Assembly: GCA_034530875.2 (NCBI GenBank)
Contig: JAVRCJ020000026.1
Coordinates: 32,001-96,000, forward strand
Direction: 5' to 3'
DNA from: Nostoc sp. DedSLP01
Lineage (GTDB): Bacteria; Cyanobacteriota; Cyanobacteriia; Cyanobacteriales; Nostocaceae
Length of the DNA: 64,000 nt
Part shown: positions 48,150-59,110 of the stretch, piece after piece
Layout: the number at the start of each line of letters is the position of its first letter
Position numbering within the stretch: the stretch's first letter is position 1
The notes under the pieces: generated by a model
Seen by the model: the letters and a program-made list of their open reading frames with translations, nothing else
What the model was told of the DNA's origin: nothing
The model's database searches: none
Made by a program: the position numbers and the translations under genes

Positions 48150-48847
48150 GGGAGTTTGTTACTTCAGCCTCAGTCAGCGGCGGTCTATTGTCTAAGAAAA
48201 AACAAATTTAGATTTTGTTTTCATCGAAACTAAATATTTCGACTTTACGTCTATGTCCTACCAGGATAGTAGCACGATTTAGTTCGATTGATTTTAAGAT
48301 TTAGGCTATAGTCACTTTAACATATCACTATAACTCAGTGTATACCCTCATGTCGTTGCCCACTTCTGGCTCTAATCTAGAATTTGAACTCAATAGTACC
48401 TAAAACGCAGAGCTTTTATGAAAAAATTAACTTTACTGTTTCAGATTTGGCAACTTACCGTGCCTTAAGAGAGTTTTTTAATTATACTGATAATCGCTTG
48501 TGGTGTAGAACCACATATCGATTTAAAATTGAAACGTTTTAAGTTACCACCTAATTGGGATAAAAAGTATTAAAGTTTTACAAACCGCTGTGGTAAGGTT
48601 TGAACGTCTCTCTGGTAGGCAAAAAATTGACAGTTATAAGGCCTGCGCTCAATGCAGGGCTAAACTATAAGGTTTTCCAGAAGTTCCCGTTCTCATCGTC
48701 GATCGTCCTGATTACAGTATTAATTATTTGAATCATCAGGATTTTCATACCCTAGCTGTGTAGATTCTTAATAACCCACAACGTGGCAACTGTGTTTTTA
48801 CGCAACCTTCTTGTTAATCTTACGAACTTTTGTGCAAAGTGATGGTC

Positions 48848-49567
48848 ATGGCTCCTGCCAAGATTCTTGTTGTTGACGACGACCCTGCGGTTCGGAATTT
48901 AATTCAACGCTTCTTGATGAAGCAGAACTATCAGGTGGAGGCTGCCGAAGATGGAAAGACAGCCTTAACTCTATTTGAGCAATTTAACCCCGATCTGGTG
49001 ATTCTAGATGTGAATTTACCAGATGTAATTGGGTTTAACCTCTGCCAAGAGATGCAAAGTCGTAATGGTGTTTTTGTATTGATGCTGACTAGTCGTGCCG
49101 ACGAAGCTGACAAAATTCGCGGTTTTTCTAAAGGTGCTGATGACTATCTCACCAAGCCTTTTGGTTTGGGAGAGTTAGAAGTCAGAGTAGGAGCGATTTT
49201 GAGGCGTCAGCGAGTCATCACTACTGCCGAGCAGAAACGTTTGGTATTTGAAAAACTGATGATTGACCCAGTGCGCCGCGAGGTAGCGCTGAATAATCAA
49301 CCAGTACCCTTAACTGCTTTAGAATTTGACTTATTGCATTTTTTAGCCAGCCATCCAGGTCGAGTTTGGCGGCGTGCAGAACTAATTCAAGAGGTGTGGG
49401 ACTATGAATATGTCGGCGACCAGCGGGTTGTAGATGTACACATCGGTCAAATTCGTAAGAAGATTGAAATTGATGCTAGTCAGCCAGCATTAATTCAAAC
49501 TGTACGCGGTGTAGGGTATAAGTTTGAATCTCCTGCTCACTCCCAACAGTTGGAAGCCAAGTCCTGA
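48848..49567 (+). CDS. OmpR-family response regulator
   Basis: LVVDDD, ILDVNLPD, GADDYLTKPF, RVVDVHIGQIRKK, TVRGVGYKF. Confidence 0.95.
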   Translation: MAPAKILVVDDDPAVRNLIQRFLMKQNYQVEAAEDGKTALTLFEQFNPDLVILDVNLPDVIGFNLCQEMQSRNGVFVLMLTSRADEADKIRGFSKGADDYLTKPFGLGELEVRVGAILRRQRVITTAEQKRLVFEKLMIDPVRREVALNNQPVPLTALEFDLLHFLASHPGRVWRRAELIQEVWDYEYVGDQRVVDVHIGQIRKKIEIDASQPALIQTVRGVGYKFESPAHSQQLEAKS

Positions 49568-49705
49568 GTCTATAGTCTAGAGTTTTTTAACTCTTGACCG
49601 AAACAAGTTGGGATTTTAGATCTTGGATAAAATTTATTTTGCTTTCACAGCCACCACGAGGAATTGCCATAAGTTTAACAAACTTAAGCAAATTGGTGTG
49701 CCGTT

Positions 49706-49739
49706 TGTAGGGTAGCACAGCTAACTGTGCTACCCTACA
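49706..49739. repeat. Perfect REP-like hairpin
   Basis: TGTAGGGTAGCACAG-CTAA-CTGTGCTACCCTACA, 15-bp perfect stem, between convergent genes. Confidence 0.8.
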
Positions 49740-49962
49740 TGTGTTGCATTTTTAGACTTTCAGTTTTAAATTTTCAATCCAAAATTTGTTTTGAAAAGTT
49801 CGCCAGCACTGTGAGACCAGTTGCTTCTGTGAGAGAGTTTAGAGCGACGGTTACCGTCGCTCTAAACTTTGCGCTTTTGAGGTCAGGCGCTGAGGTATCC
49901 CTGGCTCGACTTTTGGCAAAATCTTAAATTTAAATTTTGCTGAGTCGATGCAGTATTTATAT

Positions 49963-50160
49963 TTAGGAATGGTGAAACAAAGTCTCCAGATACACTCTGG
50001 CAGCACGACGATCGCTTTCTCCATTTTGGAGTAAAAACAATGATAGCGCCGCCGTTAATACTCTGTTCTCATCCCAATCAGGATGAGTTTCTAAGTAATT
50101 TTTTAGGGATTCGTGAAGTGATTCGGGAATTTCGGTAAAAATGCTAACCGTTGCTTTCAT
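49963..50160 (-). CDS. DUF2811 family protein
   Basis: EIPESLHESLKNYLETHPDWDENRVLTAALSLFLLQNG; AGGAGG RBS upstream. Confidence 0.88.
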   Translation of the reverse strand: MKATVSIFTEIPESLHESLKNYLETHPDWDENRVLTAALSLFLLQNGESDRRAARVYLETLFHHS

Positions 50161-50532
50161 GAGATTTTCCTCCTATGAGGTCAATCAAGTGGGATAAGTT
50201 GCTTGCGGTGATGCAGTTGAGAGCTACTTCACACGATTTTGCCTGCCCGACAACCTACGCCAACAATTCAAGTAGTTTTACACAGTTGATGTCAACGGTT
50301 GAACGGACTATAAACGCCAGCCGCATCATTGTGCGCTAAGAGGGGGTGGGTTTGTCAATGCTGCGAAATGTTAAAAAAGCTGGTATAAAAAATAAATCCG
50401 CACGAAAGAATCGGGCTTTCGTAACGATTTTTGTTACTTTACTTTACAAAAACTCAGTCCCCTAAGTGGCTGGCAACTGTTAATTCACAATCCCCAGTTG
50501 ATAGTCAGAAGCCCATTCGCTCGTAGGACACC

Positions 50533-50585
50533 TGTGGAAAACTGCTAAAATCCCTGTGGAAACCCTGTGGAATAAGTGAGGAAAA
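50533..50585 (-). promoter_or_regulatory. Cluster of DnaA-box-like 9-mers
   Basis: TGTGGAAAA (50533), TGTGGAAAC (50555), TGTGGAATA (50566), TGAGGAAAA (50577); same orientation, starts at multiples of 11 bp. Confidence 0.6.
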
Positions 50586-50625
50586 TTGCAGCCAATGATA
50601 AGAATTACAAAAATGTCAATAAATC

Positions 50626-51918
50626 ATGACATTTAAGCTGATGAAATTAGCTTCTCAATCGCAGTTAGTCTCCTGGTTGCCCTCGATACATCCCCAGGTA
50701 TGGGTTTTGGCTGTTGGTCGATTTCTTTCAGAAATTGGTACCGGCTTTACGCTGTTTTACGCCCCGATTTTTTTTGTCAACGAAGTTGGTTTATCTGCAA
50801 CTGCTGTAGGTGTAGCCTTGGCTAGTGCTTCGATTTCCGGCATTGTAGGGCGGATTGTAGGCGGTTCTTTAGCCGACTCTGGGAATTGGGGACGCCGCCG
50901 CACTTTGTTACTGGCCACGGCGATTTCAGCTATTGCCTCTTTAGTTTTTGCAGCAACCAATAATTTTACGATTTTAGTAATTGGTAGCTTGATTAACGGC
51001 TTAGGGATAGGTTTCTATTGGCCGGCAGTTGAAGCTGTGATTGCTGACGCCAGCGTGGTTGAAAATCGCCGCGAAACTTTTGCGATCGCCCGATTAGCAG
51101 ATAATCTGGGGTTAGCGATCGGCATTACGATCGCAGGGTTTTCGATCGCAGTAATTGGCAGTTATCGTTGGCTATTTATTGTTGATGCCATCTCTTATTT
51201 AGTGTTTTTTAGTGTTGTGTATGTGGGAATCGCTGAAACCAACGCGCAGCAAATCCAGGATGACAAAAGACAATATTTTGCTTCTTGGATAGCAGTATTC
51301 AAAGATAGCCGTTTTGTGGTTTACATTACAGTTAATATCTTCTTTACAATTTACATTTCCCAAATACACAGTATTTTGCCGCTTTACTTCAAAAACTTTG
51401 TCATTGAAAGTGCTGACAAAGGATTTGCTGAAACTATTATTAGCAGAATATTTGCTTGGCATCTGATGGTAGCTATTATCTGTCAGTTGCCTGTAACCAG
51501 TGCTTTAAAACGTTGCTCTCACACACTTGCACTTACTGTTTCCGCAATTTTTTGGGCAATTGGTTTTAGCCTGATTTGGGTAAGCGGTACTGCTCCATCT
51601 GGTAATTTGATTTGGGCAACATTGGCATTGGGAGTATTTGCTATGGCAAATGTTGCTTATACTCCAGTTGCCGCCTCTTTAGTTACTGAGTTAGCCCCAG
51701 AAAATCAAAGGGGTGTTTATTTTTCCATCAATGCTTTGTGCTGGGCTGTTGGTTCTTTTATTGGTCATCCTTTGGGTGGATGGGCATTAGACCAACAGCG
51801 AATAATTACCGATCGCTTTTGGTTAGGCTTTTCTTTGAGTGTGGCGATCGCTGTAGCAATTTTACAGTACTTAAATCGCATTTTGGTTGATTCCCAGCCT
51901 GAATTCGATCGGGATTAA
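50626..51918 (+). CDS. Major facilitator superfamily transporter
   Basis: About 12 hydrophobic segments; motif A-like GGSLADSGNWGRRRTL; LAPENQRGVY. Confidence 0.92.
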   Translation: MTFKLMKLASQSQLVSWLPSIHPQVWVLAVGRFLSEIGTGFTLFYAPIFFVNEVGLSATAVGVALASASISGIVGRIVGGSLADSGNWGRRRTLLLATAISAIASLVFAATNNFTILVIGSLINGLGIGFYWPAVEAVIADASVVENRRETFAIARLADNLGLAIGITIAGFSIAVIGSYRWLFIVDAISYLVFFSVVYVGIAETNAQQIQDDKRQYFASWIAVFKDSRFVVYITVNIFFTIYISQIHSILPLYFKNFVIESADKGFAETIISRIFAWHLMVAIICQLPVTSALKRCSHTLALTVSAIFWAIGFSLIWVSGTAPSGNLIWATLALGVFAMANVAYTPVAASLVTELAPENQRGVYFSINALCWAVGSFIGHPLGGWALDQQRIITDRFWLGFSLSVAIAVAILQYLNRILVDSQPEFDRD

Positions 51919-51934
51919 AATACTATTTTTTCTG

Positions 51935-52585
51935 CTATCGCCGACGTTCTTGGAGCTTCCGATATACAGATTTTAAATCAACTTGATGATGAGCTAGAGC
52001 AACCAAAGTATGATATAGCAAATCGGCAACTTCACCAGCGATCGCGTCTGGTTCGTCATCCTTAAAAGCCATTACTACTTCAGCACTTTCCTCACCGATT
52101 TTTTTCAAAATTTTATTGTCACCACCTGCAAATAACTTGCAGGTATAAGAACTTTCAGTAGGATTATCGCGGCGATCGCATATTACTTGAAATAATTGTG
52201 ACAAAGTATCTCCTGGTGGAGGAATTATTTTGCCTTCTATTTGGTGAAAGCAACTCCGTTCTCCTGTATGGCAAGCAATATCTCCTACTTGCTCTACCCC
52301 AATGAGCAACGCATCACTATCACAGTCATAACGGATACTGTGCACTTTTTGAATATGTCCAGAAGTCGCTCCCTTGTGCCAGAATTCTTGGCGAGAACGA
52401 CTCCAAAACCAGGTTTCTCGTGTTTCTAAAGTCTTTTTTAACGACTCCTGATTCATCCACGCCATCATCAGGACAGTGCCATCAAGATAATCTTGGACAA
52501 TTGCAGGCACTAGACCCCGTTCATCGTAGCGAATTTCCTCAACAGGAATGGCGTCATGCAGCAAATGCGAATCGTTAGAATACAT
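51935..52585 (-). CDS. hisIE: Bifunctional phosphoribosyl-AMP cyclohydrolase / phosphoribosyl-ATP pyrophosphatase
   Basis: [50 protein letters not shown]. Confidence 0.97.
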   Translation of the reverse strand: MYSNDSHLLHDAIPVEEIRYDERGLVPAIVQDYLDGTVLMMAWMNQESLKKTLETRETWFWSRSRQEFWHKGATSGHIQKVHSIRYDCDSDALLIGVEQVGDIACHTGERSCFHQIEGKIIPPPGDTLSQLFQVICDRRDNPTESSYTCKLFAGGDNKILKKIGEESAEVVMAFKDDEPDAIAGEVADLLYHTLVALAHHQVDLKSVYRKLQERRR

Positions 52586-52771
52586 ACCAGCTAGTTTGCT
52601 CTAATGAGAATGATTCATTGATTCACGATACCATTCTAAATACAGCAACTGGCATGTTTTTTTTGAATTCAACTATCTTCATCTAACTTGAAAAAGGGAG
52701 TAGGGAGTAGGGAGTGGGGAGTAGGGAATATTCCTTTTTCATGTTTGGTTGTAGGATTTTCTCGTGAGCGA

Positions 52772-52966
52772 CTAGCTTGGAACAACAGCATTTCGTTCCA
52801 TCGCAGAATGCATCTTCACAGCACTCAATGCTACTTGGTGGGCTTTTGAAGGTTCACCATACCAATGAATTGCGGAGTTAAAAGCTGCTCGGTAAAGATC
52901 CTGATATGCCTCAGATAAGCGACTCCGAATATCTAAAGGCAAGTCTTCATTCGACTTATATAACAT
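52772..52966 (-). CDS. ChaB family protein
   Basis: Y.SNEDLP..IRSRL, QDLYRAAFNSA, AHQVALSAVK. Confidence 0.82.
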   Translation of the reverse strand: MLYKSNEDLPLDIRSRLSEAYQDLYRAAFNSAIHWYGEPSKAHQVALSAVKMHSAMERNAVVPS

Positions 52967-53072
52967 ATTGTTATTTTCTTGGTTCTGGTAATTTTATACG
53001 ATAGAAATTCTAAGCAGCTTTTGACCCTATCCTAAGATAGAGCTTTTTATTGCCAACTGTTAGGAGAGAACC

Positions 53073-54371
53073 TTGGTAAATACCCCAATTAAAACAACAA
53101 AATCACAAGAAATCTTTGCCGCTGCTCAAAACCTGATGCCAGGAGGAGTTAGTTCTCCAGTTCGTGCTTTTAAATCTGTAGGCGGACAACCCATTGTTTT
53201 CGATCGCGTTAAAAACGCGTACATTTGGGATGTAGATGGCAACAAATACATAGATTATGTAGGCACTTGGGGCCCGGCTATTTGCGGTCATGCTCATCCG
53301 GAAGTTACCGCAGCCTTACGTGAAGCCCTGGACAAAGGTACTAGTTTTGGTGCCCCTTCAGTACTAGAAAATGTCTTGGCAGAAATGGTCATCGATGCCG
53401 TTCCCAGCATCGAAATGGTAAGATTTGTCAACTCTGGAACTGAAGCCTGCATGGGAGTTTTGCGGGTGATGCGGGCTTTTACCAACCGAGACAAAATTAT
53501 CAAGTTTGAAGGCTGCTACCACGGACACGCCGATACATTTTTAGTGAAAGCAGGTTCTGGTGTGGCCACACTTGGCTTACCAGACTCCCCAGGTGTGCCT
53601 AAATCGGCAACTAGCGGCACTCTCACAGCACCTTACAATGACCTAGAAGCCGTCAAAGCCTTGTTTGAAGAAAACAAAGATGAAATTGCTGGTGTGATTC
53701 TTGAGCCAGTAGTCGGCAATGCTGGATTTATTCCCCCTGATGCTGGTTTTCTCGAAGGCTTGCGGGAACTTACACACGAGTATGGAGCTTTGTTGGTATT
53801 TGATGAAGTGATGACGGGCTTCCGCATTGCTTACGGTGGCGCTCAAGAAAAGTTTGGCATCACTCCCGATTTAACAACCTTAGGCAAGGTAATTGGCGGT
53901 GGTTTACCAGTAGGAGCTTATGGCGGTCGTCGCGATATCATGTCATTGGTTGCCCCTGCTGGCCCCGTATATCAAGCCGGGACTCTTTCAGGTAATCCCC
54001 TAGCGATGACTGCTGGGATTAAGACATTAGAATTGCTGCAAAAGCCCGGTACTTACGAATATCTTGACCGAATTACTAAGAAGCTAGCAGATGGTTTGCT
54101 ACAAGTAGCTAAAGAAACTGGCCATGCGGCTTGTGGCGGCCAAATCAGTGCTATGTTCGGTCTATTCTTTACATCTGGCCCAGTTCACAACTACGAAGAT
54201 GCGAAAAAGGCGGATACAGCAAAATTCGGTCGCTTCCATCGCGGTATGCTAGAACGCGGTATTTACTTAGCACCTTCTCAATTTGAAGCTGGGTTTACAT
54301 CTTTGGCTCACACCGAAGAAGATATCGACCAAACTTTAGCAGCTGCACGGGATGTATTGTCTAATTTGTGA
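53073..54371 (+). CDS. hemL: Glutamate-1-semialdehyde 2,1-aminomutase
   Basis: [64 protein letters not shown]. Confidence 0.97.
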   Translation: MVNTPIKTTKSQEIFAAAQNLMPGGVSSPVRAFKSVGGQPIVFDRVKNAYIWDVDGNKYIDYVGTWGPAICGHAHPEVTAALREALDKGTSFGAPSVLENVLAEMVIDAVPSIEMVRFVNSGTEACMGVLRVMRAFTNRDKIIKFEGCYHGHADTFLVKAGSGVATLGLPDSPGVPKSATSGTLTAPYNDLEAVKALFEENKDEIAGVILEPVVGNAGFIPPDAGFLEGLRELTHEYGALLVFDEVMTGFRIAYGGAQEKFGITPDLTTLGKVIGGGLPVGAYGGRRDIMSLVAPAGPVYQAGTLSGNPLAMTAGIKTLELLQKPGTYEYLDRITKKLADGLLQVAKETGHAACGGQISAMFGLFFTSGPVHNYEDAKKADTAKFGRFHRGMLERGIYLAPSQFEAGFTSLAHTEEDIDQTLAAARDVLSNL

Positions 54372-54669
54372 CAATTAAAAGTGCTAAGCGTTGAACGAAG
54401 AAAGCGGCGATCGCATTGCTTGCAGTAAAAGGTCACAAGGAATGGGGAACAGGCAACAGGGGGACGGGCAATGCTGCGAGCTTAAAACCTAACACCAACG
54501 GCAGCCACTTATAGATAAGGCACTCAAACGGCTCAAGTATGGAAAAGGTAAGAATAAGCAACTGTTCCCTTGTAGGAGCGATCGCAAACCTCACCATTGC
54601 CAGTTGTCTGTTTCTTGTTCCTTCTTTTGAAGGGACTTAAACTCTATTGCTACTCAGCAGTCAAACAAA

Positions 54670-54719
54670 ATTCAGGGCGCCGACTTGCTCCCCATCGAGG
54701 CTTTAGTCGCCGCCCTGAA
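54670..54719. terminator. GC-rich hairpin between convergent hemL and fasciclin genes
   Basis: TTCAGGGCGCCGACT ... AGTCGCCGCCCTGAA, preceded by an A-run that reads as a U-tail on the minus strand. Confidence 0.5.
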
Positions 54720-54863
54720 CTTCAATAATTTTGCACTACTCAAAAGTCACAAATCGTAAAATGATACAAATAAATTTCGTAGCGAAGATTGTTCGCTACG
54801 AGAAATATATGTGTATCAGGTTTCCTGCGAAATACTATTACAGGTTTTACTTATACTTAAAAA

Positions 54864-55691
54864 CTACAAATCAGGAGGCAAAATTACATTATCAATGGCG
54901 TGGATTACACCGTTGCTGGCTGTGATGTCAGCCTGAGTGACTTTAGCATCATTGACAGTTACGCCATTAGCAGGGTCAACTTTAACGTTGATTGCCCCAC
55001 CTTCAAGGCTTTTAACTTCACCAGACTTCAAATCAGAAGACAATACCTTACCAGGTACGACATGGTAAGTTAAGAGCTTGAGCAATACTTCTTTGTTTTC
55101 TGGTTTCAACAAATCTCGCACTGCATCTGCTGGCAATTTAGCGAAGGCCGCATCTGTCGGTGCGAAAATAGTCAAGTTATCTTTGCCTTGCAAAGCTTGA
55201 GTCAATCCTGCTGCTTTCAAAGCCTTGGTTAAAGTTGTAAAGGAGCCATTTGATTCTGCTAAGGCTAACAAATTTTTGCCTTGAGTTTCGGTTGTATTAG
55301 TAGGCGCTCCTTCGCTTCCTGGTGTAGTAGGTTGAGCTTCAGGAGTAGAACTTGGAGTACTTTCACTAGGTGTAGTACTAGTACCGCGACGGTTGTAGGG
55401 AGGCTCATCAAAAATACTTGGTCTGGGATTTAACGGGCCACCACCACTACTCTGAGCTACTTGTTGGCGTTTGGTATTGCCCTTTTCTACTGCTGAAACA
55501 GCCTGAGCCGGTGCGTACTGAGTGTTTGCTTGCAGGCGTTGACCTCGGTTATAGGGGGCTTGGTTGAAAATACTGGGGTTAGGATTTAATACCTCTTTGG
55601 CATCAGATGGTAAACTCACCAGAAGGCTGAAACTGCTCAATCCTGCTATACCTGCCAACGTGGTCAGCAATTTGCCGTAATTTGTCTTCAT
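54864..55691 (-). CDS. Fasciclin (FAS1) domain secreted protein
   Basis: Signal peptide, TIFAPTDAAF, LTYHVVPG, ASNGVIHAIDNVILP. Confidence 0.93.
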   Translation of the reverse strand: MKTNYGKLLTTLAGIAGLSSFSLLVSLPSDAKEVLNPNPSIFNQAPYNRGQRLQANTQYAPAQAVSAVEKGNTKRQQVAQSSGGGPLNPRPSIFDEPPYNRRGTSTTPSESTPSSTPEAQPTTPGSEGAPTNTTETQGKNLLALAESNGSFTTLTKALKAAGLTQALQGKDNLTIFAPTDAAFAKLPADAVRDLLKPENKEVLLKLLTYHVVPGKVLSSDLKSGEVKSLEGGAINVKVDPANGVTVNDAKVTQADITASNGVIHAIDNVILPPDL

Positions 55692-56384
55692 AAATTTTGT
55701 TTGTTTTTTGTCCAGACGTTACATAAAGATTTATAACATTTTGCTATGCACAAAATCTAACCTCAGAAGGAAGTAAGTTTTTTTCAGGTAACAGTTCGTG
55801 TTAGTGAGGTTAAATGCCCCACTTAGCTTAGACATAAAAAGTATTAAATATATCTGCCATATATTTTATCTAAATTCAGTAGATATTGTTTTTTACACTC
55901 AAAGGAGTTCAAAAGCATGATTAACAGCTTAAAAAACTTTTAAAAAACATGAAAATCTCTCATTTACAAGCTTTAGCTAACGATTGCATCTCAAGACAGG
56001 TTTTAGTAAAAAGTAAATTTACATACAAAATTTTTGCGTAATTTATAGTCTGCTAAGAAATTACGTCACCATTAGGTAGCCACTATTCAATAGTCAGAAT
56101 AGTTAAAAAGTCGAGCAAAAAAATTAGGTATGAAATTATTTATAAATTTTGACTTTGAAATGGTAGTTACTACCGTGTGATTTTATAGATCGGAAATTAA
56201 ATTATTTAATATGTTAATTTTAAATTAAAAAATATTATTTTAGAATGGATAATTTTGCTAAAAATTAAGTATCAGTAAAACCCGAACGCCAACAAAATAA
56301 GCAGCTCAAAGCAGTAAAATTTACTTTAACTAAAGTTAGAATTGTAAAGTTAATAATCAGTTCAGTAGTTATAAGGTATAGATT

Positions 56385-57179
56385 ATGTTGGAATTATACC
56401 AGTGGGAGCTATCTCAATACTCGGAAAAAGTCCGCTTGATTCTAGATTTTAAAGGGCTAGATTACCGCAAAATAGAAGTTACGCCTGGAATTGGACAGGT
56501 AGAACTATTTCGGCTGACTGGTCAAAGAGAAGTCCCTGTATTAAAGGATGGTCAAAAATATATTGTAGATTCTACGGAAATTGCTAAGTATTTAGACTTA
56601 AAGTATCCCGATCGCCCATTAATACCGCAAGATCCGAAAAAACGGGGTTTAACTTTATTAATAGAAGAATGGGCGGATGAGTCCATCGGCATCAAAGGTC
56701 GCAAAGCACTGTTTGCGGCGGTAAGTCAAGATCAAAATTTCCGCAAGTCTTTGTTACCCACCTCAACACCAGATATATTTAAAAGTCTAGTTGAAGGTGT
56801 ACCTAGTGACTTGCTAACTCTATTCGGTATCGGAGTAGGTTATAGCCCAGAGGTAATACAGTCAGCGATCGCATCCTTGAAACAAGACTTGGAAGCCTTA
56901 ACATTATTATTGGCAGATAGTCCTTATTTAACAGGAGACGAACCGACTTTAGCTGACTTAGCAGTAGCGGGTTTATCGATATTGCTGAAATTCCCCTCAG
57001 GGTCATATTTAGATTTACCAGCATCTATCAGAGGAAAAGGACTGCCAATATTAGCTGAAAATCCTGATTACGAACCATTCTTCACTTGGCGCGATCGCCT
57101 TTACGCGCAATTTCGCAAACCTTTAATTAGTACCACTCCACCATCAGCAAGTGCGCCAACTTCGATTCAAATTGATTAG
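56385..57179 (+). CDS. Glutathione S-transferase family protein
   Basis: SQYSEKVRLILDFKGL, GQREVPVL, DSTEIAKYLD, PTLADLAV. Confidence 0.92.
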   Translation: MLELYQWELSQYSEKVRLILDFKGLDYRKIEVTPGIGQVELFRLTGQREVPVLKDGQKYIVDSTEIAKYLDLKYPDRPLIPQDPKKRGLTLLIEEWADESIGIKGRKALFAAVSQDQNFRKSLLPTSTPDIFKSLVEGVPSDLLTLFGIGVGYSPEVIQSAIASLKQDLEALTLLLADSPYLTGDEPTLADLAVAGLSILLKFPSGSYLDLPASIRGKGLPILAENPDYEPFFTWRDRLYAQFRKPLISTTPPSASAPTSIQID

Positions 57180-57180
57180 G

Positions 57181-57379
57181 GAATGGTGACTGGTGACTGG
57201 GGGCTGGTGACTGGGGATTGAGGAAGATAAAGGGATGGGGAGATGGGGAGACAAATCAATTCAAAATTAAGAATTCAACCTCCTGCCTCCTACCTCATTG
57301 CCCAGTCACCAGTCACCAGTCCCCAGTCCCCAGTCCCCAATGCCCAATGCCCAATGCCCAATGACTAATGACTAATGAG
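57181..57379. repeat. STRR heptamer arrays in inverted arrangement
   Basis: (GGTGACT/GGGGACT)n facing (AGTCACC/AGTCCCC)n, then (AATGCCC)n and (AATGACT)n. Confidence 0.85.
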
Positions 57380-59110
57380 ATGAATTCGGGACAGCCATTA
57401 GGTTCGGTTATTCAAGGTTCTCTGACTGAAGGGTTAGAAGTGCGATTGCATCCTGACATTTCTGTGGAAGATATGCGGGTAGGCAAGTTTCTCGTTGTCC
57501 AAGGGATGCGATCGCGTTTTTTTTGTATGCTCACAGATGTGGCATTAGGAGCTGCTAATGCCCGAATTATTGCTAATCCCCCTAGTTGGGAAGACACTTT
57601 TTTACGAGATGTTTTAGCGGGAAGCGGTACTTACGGTACTATCAACCTCGCACCGATGTTGATGTTTACTCCCGAATCTCCAGAATCTTATTCCACCACA
57701 AATGGCAAATCGGCAAATCCTTTCTTACCATCGGTGACGGGTTTGGCTTCATTTGTGCCGCAAACCAGTACGACGATGGAATTGTTGCCTGTTAAAACAA
57801 TCCCTAGTCACTTTAGTCAAGTTTACGAAGCCAGCGTTGACGATTTTCGTCGAGTGTTTGGTTGGGAAGACGATCCGCAACGGCGCAATTTCTCCATTGG
57901 CAAACCTTTGGATATGGATGTGCCTGTTTGTATCGATTTGAATCGCTTCGTAGAACGAAGCAATGGGGTTTTTGGCAAATCCGGTACTGGTAAATCTTTT
58001 TTAACCCGTTTACTTTTAGCTGGGGTCATCCGTAAAAGTGCGGCAGTCAATTTAATTTTTGATATGCACTCTGAATACGGCTGGGAAGCGGTTGCCGAAG
58101 GTAAAAATGTCAATACTGTTAAAGGCTTAAAGCAATTATTTCCCAGTAAAGTCGAAGTTTACACCCTCGACCCAGAATCGACAAAGCGCCGGGGTGTACG
58201 CGATGCTCAAGAACTTTATCTCAGCTACGAGCAAATTGAAGTTGAAGATATTAAGTTATGCGGTCGAGATTTAGGACTTTCTGACGCAGCCTTAGACAAC
58301 GCCAATATCCTGTATAGCGAATTTGGTAAATCCTGGATTGTGCAGTTGCTCAATATGAGTAATGAAGAAATCGAGATGTTCTGCGACGAAAAGCGCGGAC
58401 ACAAAGGCTCGATTATGGCATTACAGCGCAAACTCTTGCGGATGGACAGTTTGAAGTATATGCGAGCCGTTTGCCCGCAAAATTATATTAGTAAACTTGT
58501 CCAGTCACTAGAAGCTGGCAAGAATGTTGTGATAGAATTTGGTTCCCAGTCTAATATGCTCTCTTATATGTTGGTGACCAATATGATCACCAGACGTATC
58601 CACGAGCATTACGTTAAAAAGGCTGATAAATTCCTGCAAACTAAAAATCCTAGCGATCGCCCAACGCCTTTGATGATTACCATTGAAGAAGCGCACCGTT
58701 TCCTAGACCCGGCTGTGGTACAAAGTACTATCTTTGGAACTATTGCCCGCGAGTTGCGGAAATACTTTGTCACTCTTTTGGTAGTAGATCAACGCCCGTC
58801 GGGGATAGATAATGAAGTGATGTCCCAAATTGGGACTCGCATTACCGCTTTGCTGAACGATGAAAAAGACATTGACGCGATTTTTACGGGTGTATCTGGT
58901 GGCGGCGGATTGCGATCGGTTTTGGCCAAGTTAGACTCTAAGCAACAAGCCTTGATTTTGGGTCATGCCGTTCCTATGCCAGTGGTGGTGCGTACCCGTC
59001 CTTATGATGCAGCTTTCTATGAAGAAATTGGCGAACCCGCTTGGGAAGAAAAAACTGACGCAGAAGTATTCGCAGCTGCGGAACTCGCGAAAGCTGACTT
59101 GGGATTTTAA
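57380..59110 (+). CDS. HerA/FtsK-superfamily ATPase (HAS barrel + DUF87)
   Basis: Walker A GVFGKSGTGKS, FDMHSEYG, Walker B TIEEAHRF, ARELRKY, DQRPS. Alternative start 57368 lies in a repeat. Confidence 0.9.
   Translation: MNSGQPLGSVIQGSLTEGLEVRLHPDISVEDMRVGKFLVVQGMRSRFFCMLTDVALGAANARIIANPPSWEDTFLRDVLAGSGTYGTINLAPMLMFTPESPESYSTTNGKSANPFLPSVTGLASFVPQTSTTMELLPVKTIPSHFSQVYEASVDDFRRVFGWEDDPQRRNFSIGKPLDMDVPVCIDLNRFVERSNGVFGKSGTGKSFLTRLLLAGVIRKSAAVNLIFDMHSEYGWEAVAEGKNVNTVKGLKQLFPSKVEVYTLDPESTKRRGVRDAQELYLSYEQIEVEDIKLCGRDLGLSDAALDNANILYSEFGKSWIVQLLNMSNEEIEMFCDEKRGHKGSIMALQRKLLRMDSLKYMRAVCPQNYISKLVQSLEAGKNVVIEFGSQSNMLSYMLVTNMITRRIHEHYVKKADKFLQTKNPSDRPTPLMITIEEAHRFLDPAVVQSTIFGTIARELRKYFVTLLVVDQRPSGIDNEVMSQIGTRITALLNDEKDIDAIFTGVSGGGGLRSVLAKLDSKQQALILGHAVPMPVVVRTRPYDAAFYEEIGEPAWEEKTDAEVFAAAELAKADLGF

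Noticed and set aside
57380..59110. HerA ATPase as part of a defence system (Sir2-HerA or similar)
   Set aside because: Neighbours are a GST and sigB, with no nuclease or sirtuin partner; it resembles the conserved stand-alone cyanobacterial HerA-like gene.
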